DNA from: Octopus sinensis
Taxonomy: Eukaryota
Assembly (NCBI RefSeq): GCF_006345805.1
Contig: NC_043000.1
Location: 35,650,001 to 35,714,000, forward strand
Direction of reading: 5' to 3'
Length of the DNA: 64,000 nt
Shown: positions 23,949-38,900 of the stretch, piece after piece
Position numbering within the stretch: the stretch's first letter is position 1
Layout of the letters: each line of letters begins with the position of its first letter
Notes under the pieces: model-generated
Database searches by the model: none
The model's input: only the letters and a program-made list of their open reading frames with translations
Told to the model about the DNA's origin: nothing
Position numbers and translations under genes: made by a program

Positions 23949-25803
23949 TGATAAAAAGGGCTCTCTAACTGAGGACCCCCAAGGGATAAGTGAAATACTA
24001 AAGGAACAGTATAAAAGTGTGTTCACATCCCCTCTGGGGCACATGCAAATCACAAACCCAGAAGTTTTCTTTGATGCACAACACTCCAAAACCAAACAAC
24101 AACCATCGACCACATAGACATAACAGAGAGGGATGTAATATCTGCCATAGAAGAAATGAGAATAAACTCAGCTGCTGGACCAGATGGATTCCCAGCAGTC
24201 CTCCTAAAAACATGCAGGCATGCCCTAGCGGGACCACTGAAGATGCTCTTCAGTGGTTCCTTGGCTAACGGTAAACTGCCCAGGGCGCTAAAAGAAGGCA
24301 CCATATGCCCTATCCACAAAGGAGGGAGTAGAGCAGAGGCCAAAAACTACAGGCCAGTCTCCCTGACGTCACACATAAGTAAGGTCATGGAACGAATCAT
24401 CAGAAAAAAACTGATCACGTTCCTCGAAGAAACTAACCGTCTCACTGACACACAGCATGGCTTTCGCCCAGGAAGAAGCTGCCTTACGCAGCTGTTACAA
24501 CACTACGACTGGGGGTACTGAACAACTACTGGATCGCTCACAGGTGGATGTGGTATATCTCGACTTTGCGAAGGCCTTTGACAAAGTCGACCACGAGTGA
24601 TATGTCACAAATTACTCAGACTCGGCATAACAGGAAAAGTAGGTGAGTGGATACATGACTTCCTGAAGGACAGAAGCCAGATGGTTGCAGCCATGGAGCC
24701 CTCTCGGGAAAGACACCAATAGCAAGCGGGGTGCCACAGGGCACAGTCTTGGGCCCTTGCTGTTTTTGGTGGCGCTCTCTCTGACATGCCCTTGGTAGCA
24801 CAAACAACATCCCTCACTAGCTATGCTGATGACACAAAGGTAGCACAGGCAATTAAAAACCAGCTGATGCTGACCTTTTACAACAAGATCTGGATGCCAT
24901 ATACAAATGGGCTGAAGAAAACAACATGCAATTTAATGCTGGTAAATTTCAAGCCTTACATATCAAGCTGTAAACACATATACATTACAACACAACTATA
25001 CTGGTCCAGGAGGGATCGAAATCCCAGTATCGAAATCAATACGGGACCTGGGGATAGACATGAGTGACGATGCATCTTTTTCTTCACACATCGCGAAGGT
25101 GGCGACAATGTGCAGACGACTCACTGGCTGGATCCTGAGGACATTCCGGACAAGAGACTGCGAGACCATGTTGACACTATGGAGGACATTTGTCCTAAGC
25201 CGCCTAGACTACTGCTCCCAACTGTGGTCACCGCATAGTGTCAAACTAACCACAGAGCTTGAGACAATCCAAAGACATTTCACCAAGAGGATTTCCACCA
25301 TGAAGAAAAAAACTATTGGGAGAGGCTTAGGAACTCAATTTGTACTCCTTGGAACGAAGACGAGAGAGATATGCAGTGATATACATATGGAAAATCCTGG
25401 AGGGAACTAGCACCAAATTTTGGAATTGAGAGCTGTTCCAATCCCCGTACAGGTCGTCACTGTGTGGTGCCAAAGGTCCCGTCTTCCACATCCAGGGTAA
25501 GGAGCAGATACTGTAATAGCCTGGGGTTCAGGGGCCCTCAGCTGTTCAACAAACTGCCAAGAAAACTAAGAGATCTACATGATGCGATGTGTGTGGAATT
25601 TCAAAAACATCTAGACAAGCTGCTTTCGGGATCCCAGATGAACCCACTGCAAGGTACGAAGGTAACCTAGGGCAGCAGCTACAAACTCTCTCTTAGATCA
25701 GTGGCCAGCCACGGCAACTGGACTTAGAGAGGGTAGCAACAAGGGCGGTTGCCCAGCATGGCCTCAGCCGATGTGGCTGAAACAAGTAAAAGAGTAAAAG
25801 AGT
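23948..25803 (+). mobile_element. 5'-truncated CR1-group LINE (RT domain with frameshifts, intact 3' end)
   Basis: SAAGPDGFPAVLLK, KNYRPVSLTSHISKVMERII, QHGFRPGRSCLTQLL, YLDFAKAFDKVDH, SYADDTKV, LSRLDYCSQLWSP. It ends with (GTAAAAGA)n. Confidence 0.9.
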
Positions 25804-25810
25804 ATATACA

Positions 25811-26040
25811 GGCGGCGAGCTGGTAGAAACGTTAGCACGCTGGGCGAAATTCGTAGCAGTATTTCGTCTGTCGTTACATTCCGAGTTCAAATTCCGCCGA
25901 GGTCGACTTTGCCTTTCATCCTTTCGGGGTCGATAAATTAAGTACCAGTTACGCACTGGGGTCGATGTAATCGACTTAATCCCTTTGTCTGTCCTTGTTT
26001 GTCCCCTCTATGTTTAGCCCCTTGTGGGTAGTAAAGAAAT
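25811..26040 (+). mobile_element. Full-length SINE family A (long tail) running directly into the giant microsatellite
   Basis: GGCGGCGAGCTGGTAGAAACGTTAGCACGCTGGGCG...GAGTTCAAATTCCGCCGAGGTCGACTTTGCC...CCCCTTGTGGGTAGTAAAGAAAT. Confidence 0.9.
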
Positions 26041-26330
26041 ATATATGTATATATGTGTATATATGTATGTATATATGTATGTATATATGTATGTATATAT
26101 GTATGTATATATGTATGTATATATGTATGTATATATGTATGTATATATATGTATATATGTATGTATATATGTATGTATATATGTATGTATATATGTATGT
26201 ATATATGTATGTATATATGTATGTATATATGTATGTATATATATATATGTATATATATGTATATATGTATGTATAAATGTATGTATATATATGTATATAT
26301 GTATGTATATATGTATGTATATATGTATGT

Positions 26331-26370
<40 letters not shown>

Positions 26371-26377
26371 GTATATA

Positions 26378-26760
26378 CTAGCAGTATCGCCCGGCGTTGC
26401 TCAGGTTTGTAAGGGAAATAACTATAAAGCATTTTTAGAGAGTTATAGCCAAAAAATAGCAAAAAAATAGAAAAAAAATGGTAAATTTTTTTTTGAGAGT
26501 AAAAAAAGGTTGAGTTGCGTCCCCTAGACAGTCTGTGGTTTATTTTTTTTGATTCTCGACCCCATGTCGAATTTATCGATTTTTTTCAGAACTGGGGGAA
26601 CTTTTCAAAATTTTCGCTGCGTTAGTTTTGAATTATGACATTGGGCCTGTGTGTGTCAAGTTTCATCAGAATCGGTTGAAAGCCGTGGTCAGAGTGAGGG
26701 TACGAGAAACCAGACACACAGAAACACGCACAGACAAACTGCCGTTTATATAGAGAGAGA
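26378..26760 (-). mobile_element. Non-autonomous Helitron (383 bp)
   Basis: The minus strand begins A|TC(TCTC)TATATAAACGGCAGTTTGTCTG and ends with a GC hairpin (..AGCAACGCCGGGCG..) plus CTAG|T. It has no TSD and is inserted between A and T. Confidence 0.75.
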
Positions 26761-26969
26761 TATATGTATATGTATATATATATATGTATATATATGTATA
26801 TATATAGTTATATGTATGTATGTAATAGTATGTATATATGTATGTATATATGTATGTATATATGTATGTATATGTATGTATATGTAATATATGTATGTAT
26901 ATATGTATGTATATATGTATGTATATATGTATGTATATGTATATATGTATTATATATATGTAATGTATG

Positions 26970-27005
<36 letters not shown>

Positions 27006-27012
27006 ATGTATG

Positions 27013-27103
<91 letters not shown>

Positions 27104-27359
27104 GTATATATATGTATTATATATATATATGTATATATGTATATATATATATGTATATATATGTATATATATATATGTATATATATGTATATTATATATG
27201 TATATATATGTATATATATATGTATATATGTATATATATATTTATATATGTATATATTATGTATATATATATGTATAATATATGTATAATATGTATATAT
27301 ATGTATGTATATATTGTATAATATATGTATGTATATATATGTATGTATGTATATATATG

Positions 27360-27397
<38 letters not shown>

Positions 27398-27401
27398 TAT
27401 G

Positions 27402-27506
<105 letters not shown>

Positions 27507-27510
27507 GTTG

Positions 27511-27617
<107 letters not shown>

Positions 27618-27635
27618 GTATGTTATATATGTATG

Positions 27636-27666
<31 letters not shown>

Positions 27667-28196
27667 GTATGTATGTATATGTATGTATGTATATGTATGT
27701 ATGTATATGTATGTATGTATATGTATGTATGTATATGTATGTTTATGGTATATGTATGTATGTATATGTATGTATGTATATGTATGTTGTAATGTTATGT
27801 ATGTATGTATATGTATGTATGTATATGTATGTATGTATATGTAATGTATGTATATGTATGTATGTATATGTATGTATGTATATGTATGTATGTATATGTA
27901 TGTATGTAATGTATGTATGTATATGTATGTTATGTATTATATGTATGTATGTATAGTATGTATGTATATGTATGTATGTATATGTATGTATGTATAGTAT
28001 GTATGTATATGTATGTATGTATTTTATGTATGTATATGTATGTATGTATATGTATGTATGTATATGTATGTATGTATATGTATGTATTATATGTATGTAT
28101 GTATATGTATGTATGTATATGTATGTATGTATATGTATGTATGTATATGTATGTATGTATATGTATGTATGTATATGTATGTATGATAGTATGTAT

Positions 28197-28257
<61 letters not shown>

Positions 28258-28263
28258 GTATGG

Positions 28264-28311
<48 letters not shown>

Positions 28312-28705
28312 ATTATGTATGTATATGTATGTATATGTATGTATGTATATGTATGTATGTATATGTATGTATGTATATGTATGTATGTATGTATGTATGT
28401 ATATGATTATGTATATGTATGTATGTATATGTATGTATGTATATGTATGTATGTATATGTATGTATTATATGTATGTATGTATATGTATGTATGTATATG
28501 TATGTATGTATATGTATGTATGTATATGTATGTATGTATATGTATGTATGTATATGTATGTATATGTATATATATGTATGTATATAGTATGTATATATGT
28601 ATGTATATATGTATGTATATATGTATGTATATGTAGTATATGTATATATGTATGTATATATGTATGTATATATGTATGTATATATGTATGTATATGTATA
28701 TGATG

Positions 28706-28742
<37 letters not shown>

Positions 28743-28760
28743 GTGTATATATAATGTATG

Positions 28761-28852
<92 letters not shown>

Positions 28853-29115
28853 GTATATATATGTATATATATATATAATGTATATATGTATATATATATA
28901 TGTATATATATGTATATATATATATGTATATATATGTATATATATATATGTATATATATGTTAGATATATATGTATATATGTATATATATATAGTATATA
29001 TATGTATATATATATGTATATATATATGTATATTATATGTATATATATGTATATATATGTATGTATATATATGTATATATATGTATATATATATATGTAT
29101 GTATGTATATATATG

Positions 29116-29153
<38 letters not shown>

Positions 29154-29157
29154 TATG

Positions 29158-29192
<35 letters not shown>

Positions 29193-29275
29193 GTATGTAT
29201 ATTATGTATGTATATATATGTATGTTATATATGTATGTATTATATTGATGTATATATGTTGTATATATATGTATG

Positions 29276-29324
<49 letters not shown>

Positions 29325-29941
29325 GTATGATATTATGTATGATTATAATGTATGTATATATATGTATGTATATAATTGTATGTATATATATGTATGTATA
29401 TATTATGTATGTATGTATGTATGTATATGTATGTGTAATGTATGTATGTATATGTATGTATGTATATGTATGTATGTATATGTATGTATGTATGTATATG
29501 TATGTATGTATATGTATGTATGTATATGTATGTATGTATGTGTATGTATGTATGTATATGTATGTATGTATATGTATGTATGTATATGTATGTATGTATA
29601 TGTATGTATGTATATGTATGTATGTATATGTATTATGTATGTATGTATGTATATGTATGTATGTATATGTATGTATGTATATGTATGTATGTATATGTAT
29701 GTGTATATGTATGTATGTATATGTATGTATGTATATGTATGTATGTATATGTATGTATGTATATGTATGTATGTATATGTATGTATGTATATGTATGTAT
29801 GTATATGTATGTATGTATATGTATGTATGTATATGTATGTATGTATATGTATGTATGTATATGTATGTATGTATATGTATGTATGTATATGTATGTATGT
29901 ATATGTATGTATGTATATGTATGTATGTATATGTATGTATG

Positions 29942-30066
<125 letters not shown>

Positions 30067-30531
30067 GTATATGTATGTATATGTATGTATGTATATGTAT
30101 GTATGTATATGTATGTATGTATATGTATGTATGTATATGTATGTATGTATATGTATGTATGTATATGTATGTATATATGTGTATGTATGTATGTATGTAT
30201 ATGTATGTATGTATATGTATGTATGTATATGTATGTATGTATATGTATGTATGTATATGTATGTATGTATATGTATGTATGTATATGTATGTATGTATAT
30301 ATATGTATGTATATATGTATGTATAGTATGTATATATGTATGTATATATGTATGTATATATGTATGTATATGTGTATGTATATGTGTGTAATATGTGTGT
30401 ATATATGTGTGTATATATGGGTGATATATGTGTTTATGTGTGTGTATATGTGTGTATATATATGTGTATATATATATTGTGTGTATATATATGTGTATAT
30501 ATATATGTGTATATATATTGTGTATATTATG

Positions 30532-30564
<33 letters not shown>

Positions 30565-30582
30565 GTATATAATATATATATG

Positions 30583-30613
<31 letters not shown>

Positions 30614-30716
30614 GTAATATATAATATATGTATATATATATATGTATATATATATTATTATATATAATGTATATATATTATATGTATATATATATATATG
30701 TATATATATATGTATG

Positions 30717-30781
<65 letters not shown>

Positions 30782-30928
30782 GTATATATATATATGTATA
30801 TATATATATATGTATATATATATATGTATATATATATATGTATATATATATGTGTATATATATATATGTGTATATATATATGTGTATATATATATGTTAT
30901 ATATATATGTGTATATATATTATATATG

Positions 30929-30975
<47 letters not shown>

Positions 30976-31153
30976 GTATATTATATATTATATGTATATA
31001 TATTATATATATATTATATATATGTATATATGTATATATATGTATATATATGTATATATATGTATATATATGTATATATATGTATATATATATGTTATAT
31101 ATGTATTATATATATATGTATTATATGTATATATATGTATAATGTATATATAT

Positions 31154-31184
<31 letters not shown>

Positions 31185-31635
31185 GTTAATATATATATAT
31201 GTTATATTATGTATATATATATGTATATATATGTATATTATATATATGTATATGTATATATATGTATATGTATATGTGTATATGTATATATATGTATATG
31301 TGTATATGTGTATATGTGTATATGTATATGTGTATATGTGTATATGTGTATATGTATATATGTGTATATGTATATATGTGTATATGTATATATGTGTATA
31401 TATATATATGTGTATATATATATATGTGTATGTATATATATGTTGTATGTATATATATGTTGTATGTATATATATGGTATGTATATGTATATGTATATAT
31501 ATTGTATTAATTATATAATGGTGTATATGTATATGTGTATATATATGTATATATATATATATGTGTATATGTATATGTGTATATGTATGTATATATATAT
31601 ATATGTATATATATGTATATATATATGTATATATA

Positions 31636-31774
31636 CCGGAGTAAACACATAAATGTGAAACAAGGTGGAAAAAAGAGTACTCAATACCAGTGGTAGAGTA
31701 ATATGCTTTATTTTAAGCAGCAGATTATTCAACAGATTTTGTTGAATTTTCTGCTGCTTAAAATAAAGTATATT
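31636..31774. mobile_element. Penelope-like terminal fragment with fold-back, embedded in the TA array
   Basis: Unique 139-bp island with 25-bp inverted arms (31700-31724 / 31750-31774) and an inner TTCAACA/TGTTGAA pair. The Penelope assignment is recalled similarity only. Confidence 0.45.
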
Positions 31775-32104
31775 ATATATATGTATACATATATATATAT
31801 ATGTATGTTAATATATATATATGTATGTATATATATATATGTATGTATAATATATATGTATGTGTATATATTATTGTATGTATATATATATAGTGTATAT
31901 ATATATATTGTATGTATATATATATATGTATGTATATATATTGTATGTATATATATATATGTATGTATATATATTGTATGTATATATATATATGTATGTA
32001 TATATATTGTATGTATATATATATATGTATGTATATATATATATGTATGTATATATATATATGTAGTATATATATATAGTATGTATATATATATATGTAT
32101 GTAT

Positions 32105-32183
<79 letters not shown>

Positions 32184-32403
32184 GTATATATATATGTATG
32201 TATATATATATTGTATGTATATATATATATGTATGTATATATATATATGTATGTATATTATATATGTATGTATATATATATATGTATGTATGTATATATA
32301 TATGTATGTATGTATATATATATGTATGTATGATATATATATGTATGTATATATATATGTATGTATATATATATATGTATATATATATATGTATATATAT
32401 ATG

Positions 32404-32456
<53 letters not shown>

Positions 32457-32469
32457 GTATATATGATAT

Positions 32470-32503
<34 letters not shown>

Positions 32504-32592
32504 GTATATATGTATGTATATATGTATGTATGTATATATATGTATGTATGTATATGTATGTATGTATGTATATGTATGTATGTATGTATATG

Positions 32593-32695
<103 letters not shown>

Positions 32696-32715
32696 GTATA
32701 TATATGTATGTATGT

Positions 32716-32763
<48 letters not shown>

Positions 32764-33351
32764 GTATGTATATATATGTATGTATGTATATATATATGTA
32801 TGTATATATATATGTATGTATATATATATATGTATGTATATATATATATGTATGTATGTATATATATATATGTATGTATGTATATATTATGTATGTATAT
32901 ATATATATATGTATGTATGTATATGTATGTATGTATGTTATATATTATGTATGTATGTATTATATGTATGTATGTTGTATATATAGTATGTATGTATATA
33001 TATATATATGTATGTAATATATATGTATGTATATATATATATGTATGTGATATATATATATATGTATGTATAGTATATATATATATGTATGTATATATAT
33101 ATATATGTATGTATATATATATATATATGTATGTATATTATATATGTATGTATATTATATATATATATGTATGTATATATATAATATGATGTATATATAT
33201 ATATGTATGTATATATATATATGTATTGTATATATATTATGTATGTATAATATATATGTATGTATATTATATATGTATGTATATATATATGTATGTATAT
33301 ATATATATATGTATGTATATATATATATGTATGTATATATATATATGTATG

Positions 33352-33390
<39 letters not shown>

Positions 33391-35173
33391 GTATGTATGT
33401 ATATATATGTTATGTATATTATATGTATGTATGTATATATATGTATGTATGTATAATATGTATGTATGTATATATATGTATGTATGTATATATATGTATG
33501 TATGTATATATATGTATGTATGTATATATATGTATGTATGTATATATATGTTGTATGTATATATATGTATGTATGTATATATATGTATGTATGTGATATA
33601 TGTATATGTGTATGTATATATATATGTGTATGTATATATATGTGTATGTATATATATGTATATGTATATATATGTGTATGTATATATATGTATATGTATA
33701 TGTATATATATATGTATACATATATATATATATGTATATGTATACATATATATATATATGTATATGTATACATATATATATATATGTATATGTATACATA
33801 TATATATATATGTGTATACATATATATATATATGTATATGTATACATATATATATATATGTATATGTATACATATATATATATATGTATATGTATACATA
33901 TATATATATGTATATGTATACATATATATATATATGTATATGTATACATATATATATATGTATATGTATACATATATATATATATGTATATGTATACATA
34001 TATAATATGTATATGTATACATATATATTATATATGTTATGTATATGTAACATATATATATATATGTATATGTATACATATATGTATATGTATACATATA
34101 TATATATGTATATGTATAACATATATATATATGTATATGTATATATATATGTATACATATATATAGTATTATATATGTATATATATATGTATACATATGT
34201 ATATGTATATGTACATATATATGTATATGTACATATATATGTATACATATGTATATGTATATGTACATATATATGTATATGTACATATATATGTATACAT
34301 ATATATGTATACATATATATATGTATATAATATATGTATACATATATATATGTATATATATGTATGTATATCTATGTATGTATATATGTATATATATATG
34401 TATGTATATATATATATGTATGTATATGTATATATATATATGTATGTATATGTATATATATATATGTATGTATATGTATATATATATATGTATGTATATG
34501 TATATATATATATGTGTATATATATATGTATGTATATGTATATATATATATGTATGTATATGTATATATATATATATGTATGTATATGTATATATATATA
34601 TGTATGTATATGTATATATATGTATGTATGTATATATATATATGTATGTATATATATATGTATGTATATATATATATGTATGTATATGTATATATATATG
34701 TATGTATATGTATATATATATATATGTATGTATATGTATATATGTATGTATATGTATATGTATATATGTATGTATATATATATATGTATGTATATGTATA
34801 TATATATATGTATGTATATGTATATATATATATGTATGTATATGTATATATATATATGTATGTATATGTATATATATATATGTATGTATATATATATATG
34901 TATGTATATGTATATATATATATGTATGTATATCATCATCGTCGTTTAACGTCCGTTCTCCATACTAGCATGGGTTGGACGGTTCGACCGGGGTTCCGGG
35001 AAGCCAGAAGGCTGCACCAGGCTCCAGTCTAATTTGGCAATGTTTCTACAGCTGGATGCCCTTCCTAACGCCAACCACTCCGTGAGTGTAGTGGGTGCTT
35101 TTTACGTGCCACGTATATATATATATGTATGTATATGTATATGTGTATATGTATATATGTATATATGTATATG

Positions 35174-35260
<87 letters not shown>

Positions 35261-35566
35261 GTATATGTATGTATGTATATGTATGTATGTATGTATGTAT
35301 ATATATGTATATGTATATATATGTATATGTATATATATATGTATATATGTATATGTATATATGTATATGTATATATATATGTATATATGTATATATGTAT
35401 ATGTATACATATGTATATGTATACATATGTATATGTTTACATATGTATAAATATATATATATATACATACATTTTTAATCTTCAGATTTTTAATAAGCTA
35501 GGCCACTGGTTTTAATTGATTAATATCAATTTCTACCCTTATTAAATTTTATATATATATATATAT

Positions 35567-37236
35567 AGGAAACAAGGGATCGATGAATGGTTAGTGAGAG
35601 CTGTTCAAACCATGTACAGGGACACTGTCAGTAAGGTGAGGGTTGGCATCGAGTACAGTGAAGAATTCTGGGTGGAGGTAGGGGTCCACCAAGGTTCAGT
35701 CCTTAGCCCCCTCCTATTTATCATAGTTCTCCAGGCAATAACGGAGGAATTCAAGACAGGATGCCCCTGAGAGCTCCTCTATGCTGACGACCTTGCTCTA
35801 ATTGCTGAGTCACTTTCAGAACTAGAGGAGAAGTTTCAAGTGTGGAAACACGGATTAGAATCGAAGGGCCTTAGAGTCAACCTAGCTAAAACCAAAGTCC
35901 TAATAAGTAGGAAGGCAGGCAAACCACAAATCCCTTCAGGTAGATGGCCCTGCTCGATCTGTAGAAAAGGTGTAGGTAGAAACTCTATTAGATGTACCCA
36001 GTGTAAGCTATGGACACATAAAAGGTACAGAAATATCAAAGGAAGGCTAACAGGGAAGATAGTTTTTGTATGTGGCAGATGCTCAGGAGCAATAAACACT
36101 GAAAATGTGCAGAGATCAACTTCCGCCACATTCCAGGGAGAAAAACTAGAAGTAGTTGATAGCTTCCATTACCTAGGTGACCAAGTCAGTAGCGGCAGAG
36201 GGTGCGCTGAAAGTATAGCTGCTAGAATAAGAATAGCCTGGGCAAAGTTCAGAGAGCTCTTACCGCTACTGGTGACAAAGGGCCTCTCGTTCAGAGTAAA
36301 AGGTAGACTGTGTGATGCATGTGTACGAACAGCCATACTACATGGTAGTGAGGCATGGGCCGTGACTGCAGAGGACATGCATAAGCTTGCAAGGAATGAA
36401 GCCAGTATGCTCCACTGGATGTGTAATGTCAGTGTGCATACTCGACAGAGTGTTAGTACCTTGAGAGAAAAGTTGGACCTAAGAAGCATTAGGTGTGGTA
36501 TGCAAGAGAGATGACTGCGCTGGTATGGTCATGTAGCGAAAATGGATGAGGATAGCTGTGTGAAAAAGTGCCACACCATAGCGGTTGAGGGAACCTGTGG
36601 AAGAGGTAGACCCAAGAAAATCTGGGATGAAGTGGTGAAGCATGACCTTCGAAAATTAGGCCTCACCAAGGCAATGACTTGTGACCGAGAATTTTGGAAA
36701 TATGCTGTGCTTGAGAAAACCCGGCAAGCCAAGTGAGACCATAACCTTGTAGCCTAAGCCAGGGGGTGTAACCAGCCTACTTACGCGTACCTTCCCTTCA
36801 TTGGACACTTCTTGCGAAGACCTGTTGAGGCAAGTGAAATCGGAATCGAAATCAAATTCGATGACTTGCATCTGTGCTAGTGGAGCACTAAGAGCACCAT
36901 CTGAGCATGATCGTTGCCAGAGTGGCTAATTGGCATTCGTGCCAGTGGCATGTAAAAAGCACCATTCGAGCGTGATTGTTACCAGCGTTGCCTTACTGGC
37001 ACTTGTGCAGGTGACATGTAAAAAGAAAACAAAAAATAAACACGATTATCCATGACCGTTGCCAGTACCGCCTTACTGGCCCTTGTGCCAGTGGAACGTA
37101 AAAGCACCCACTACACTCTCGGAGTGGTTGGCATTAGGAAGAGCATCCAGCTGTAGAAACTCTGCCAGATCAGATTTGAGCCTGGTGCAGCCAATGGTTC
37201 GCCAGTCCTCAGTCAAATCATTCAACCCATGCTAGC
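35567..37236 (+). mobile_element. 5'-truncated RTE LINE: RT C-terminal half plus ~500-bp 3' UTR
   Basis: GVHQGSVLSPLLFIIVL, ELLYADDLALIAES, KGLRVNLAKTKV, SFHYLGD, GRGRPKKIWDEVV. In-frame TGA stops at 35768 and 36512; ORF ends at 36736 and runs on into the C-tail repeat. Confidence 0.92.
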
Positions 37237-37239
37237 ATT

Positions 37240-38625
37240 ATTATTGTTGGAGATATATCTGGGTGGAGGAGGTTGGTCTGGGATATTTTAAAGAAATTTC
37301 TCCAGTGAACATTTGAATTTTATGGGATCCGTTTCTGTTTTGATGTATATTGGAATGGTATTAAAGTGAGCTGGACCGGTTGAGGTAAAGCAGTTGTGAC
37401 GTAATGTTATGTGTGCTGAGTTCGATTTTTGTAGTGGGCGGATAGCACGGGGGGCCAAATCCTGGATGGATTTTAAAATTGATGCCAACATCATTTGTGC
37501 AATATTGATGGAATATTGTCCACATAACACAAATGATGTAGCGCTCTCGCCGGCGTTGGAGAGAGTAGAAATTGAGTCTTTTAGTCGACCCCAATAGTCA
37601 ATGCCTCTCATGCTGTCTATCTTTCTTGTTATAGAGATTTGGAGTGCTTCCACTTTCATTATGAGTTGCTTCGTATGGGGAGACCACAGTGGGCAACAGC
37701 ATTCAAGGTGGAGTCAAAGTAGAGAAGGATGATGGTGTAGGCATCTGTGGACCAGAAAGTTCTCAGAATCCAGGAGCACATCTTGCGGGCCAAGTCAACC
37801 CTGCTGTTTACGTGGAAACTCTTGCTTAGATTGTTATCAACAATTACTTTAAGGTCTCTGGTGTTGTTGGATGACATGAGGGAGTCACCTGAGGGAAGAG
37901 TGATTTCAGAGTTTCCTCTTTACCAAACTGGATCAGATCAAATTTATCTTCATTTAAAAGCATGTTTTTTCTACTCATTGGACAACAGCAAACAAATCTG
38001 TCTGAAGGCATGTTCAGTCTCCCATGCCGTTTATGGCTTTCTGGAATTTGGAATCATCTGCAATGATTTTCAATCTAGAATGTTCGATGACATCTACTAT
38101 GTCGCTGATGTAGATAATGAAGAAGAGTGGGCCCAAAACAGTACCTTGTGGGACACCACTACTGACTTTGGCTGAGCTGGATCATATTCCCTCAAACACA
38201 ACATGTTGGGTTCTGTTCGTCAGGAAACACTTTACCCCACGGACTCCAATGTTGGACATTTTCTTCAGCAGGATTTTGTGGTCCACTCTGTCAAATGGTT
38301 TGCTGAAATCAAGGTGTACGATCTCAGTGTTGGAGCCTTCTCACAACGTTTTTAAGATGTCAACAAAATGGTGCAGAAGGTGACAGGCAGTCCCTGCCAT
38401 CACGGAAACTATGCTGGTTGGGGTTCAGCAGATTGTTGTCTTTGAGGAAGTGAGTTATTCGCAATCTCACCTTTACTCTCAAATACTTTAATGATATGAG
38501 AAGTGTGTGAAATGGGACGGTAGGTCACTGGAAGAGATTTGTTTCCCTTTTTGAAGACTGGAACGACAGACTGGGAAAGAAAATCATCGGGAATGTAGCC
38601 TGCATCAAGTGAGTTTCTCTAGAGC
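37240..38625 (-). mobile_element. Decayed CR1-group LINE RT/3' region (second family)
   Basis: Minus-strand remnants NPNQHSFRDGRDCLS, GVPQGTVLGPLLFIIYI, IADDSKF, KMCSWILRTF, LQRRRERYIICVMW, with many frameshifts. Confidence 0.8.
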
Positions 38626-38715
38626 TCAGCTAGAGGGGGTGCAAAATATATATATGTGTGTATGTATAAATGTGTACGCATATGTGTGTGTGTATATATA
38701 TATGTATATATATAT

Positions 38716-38900
38716 ATTGTTAATCCGAACATGAACAAAGAGAAAACACAACAACGCGAAGACGTGGAATAAGTATAGTGTTATTGGATGCTCAGGAAAG
38801 GAAAGAAAGAAGGAGGATTTCATGTTTCGAGCGGAGCTCTTCGTCAGAAATATAGAGTTCAAAGAAGGGAAGACGGAGAAAGAAAATCGCCAATGATACA
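38716..38900 (-). mobile_element. Penelope-like element fragment with degenerate minimal hammerhead motif, between (TA)n runs
   Basis: Minus 38852-38817 reads ATTT-CTGACGA-A-GAGC-TCC-GCTC-GAAAC-ATG-AAAT. Confidence 0.55.
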
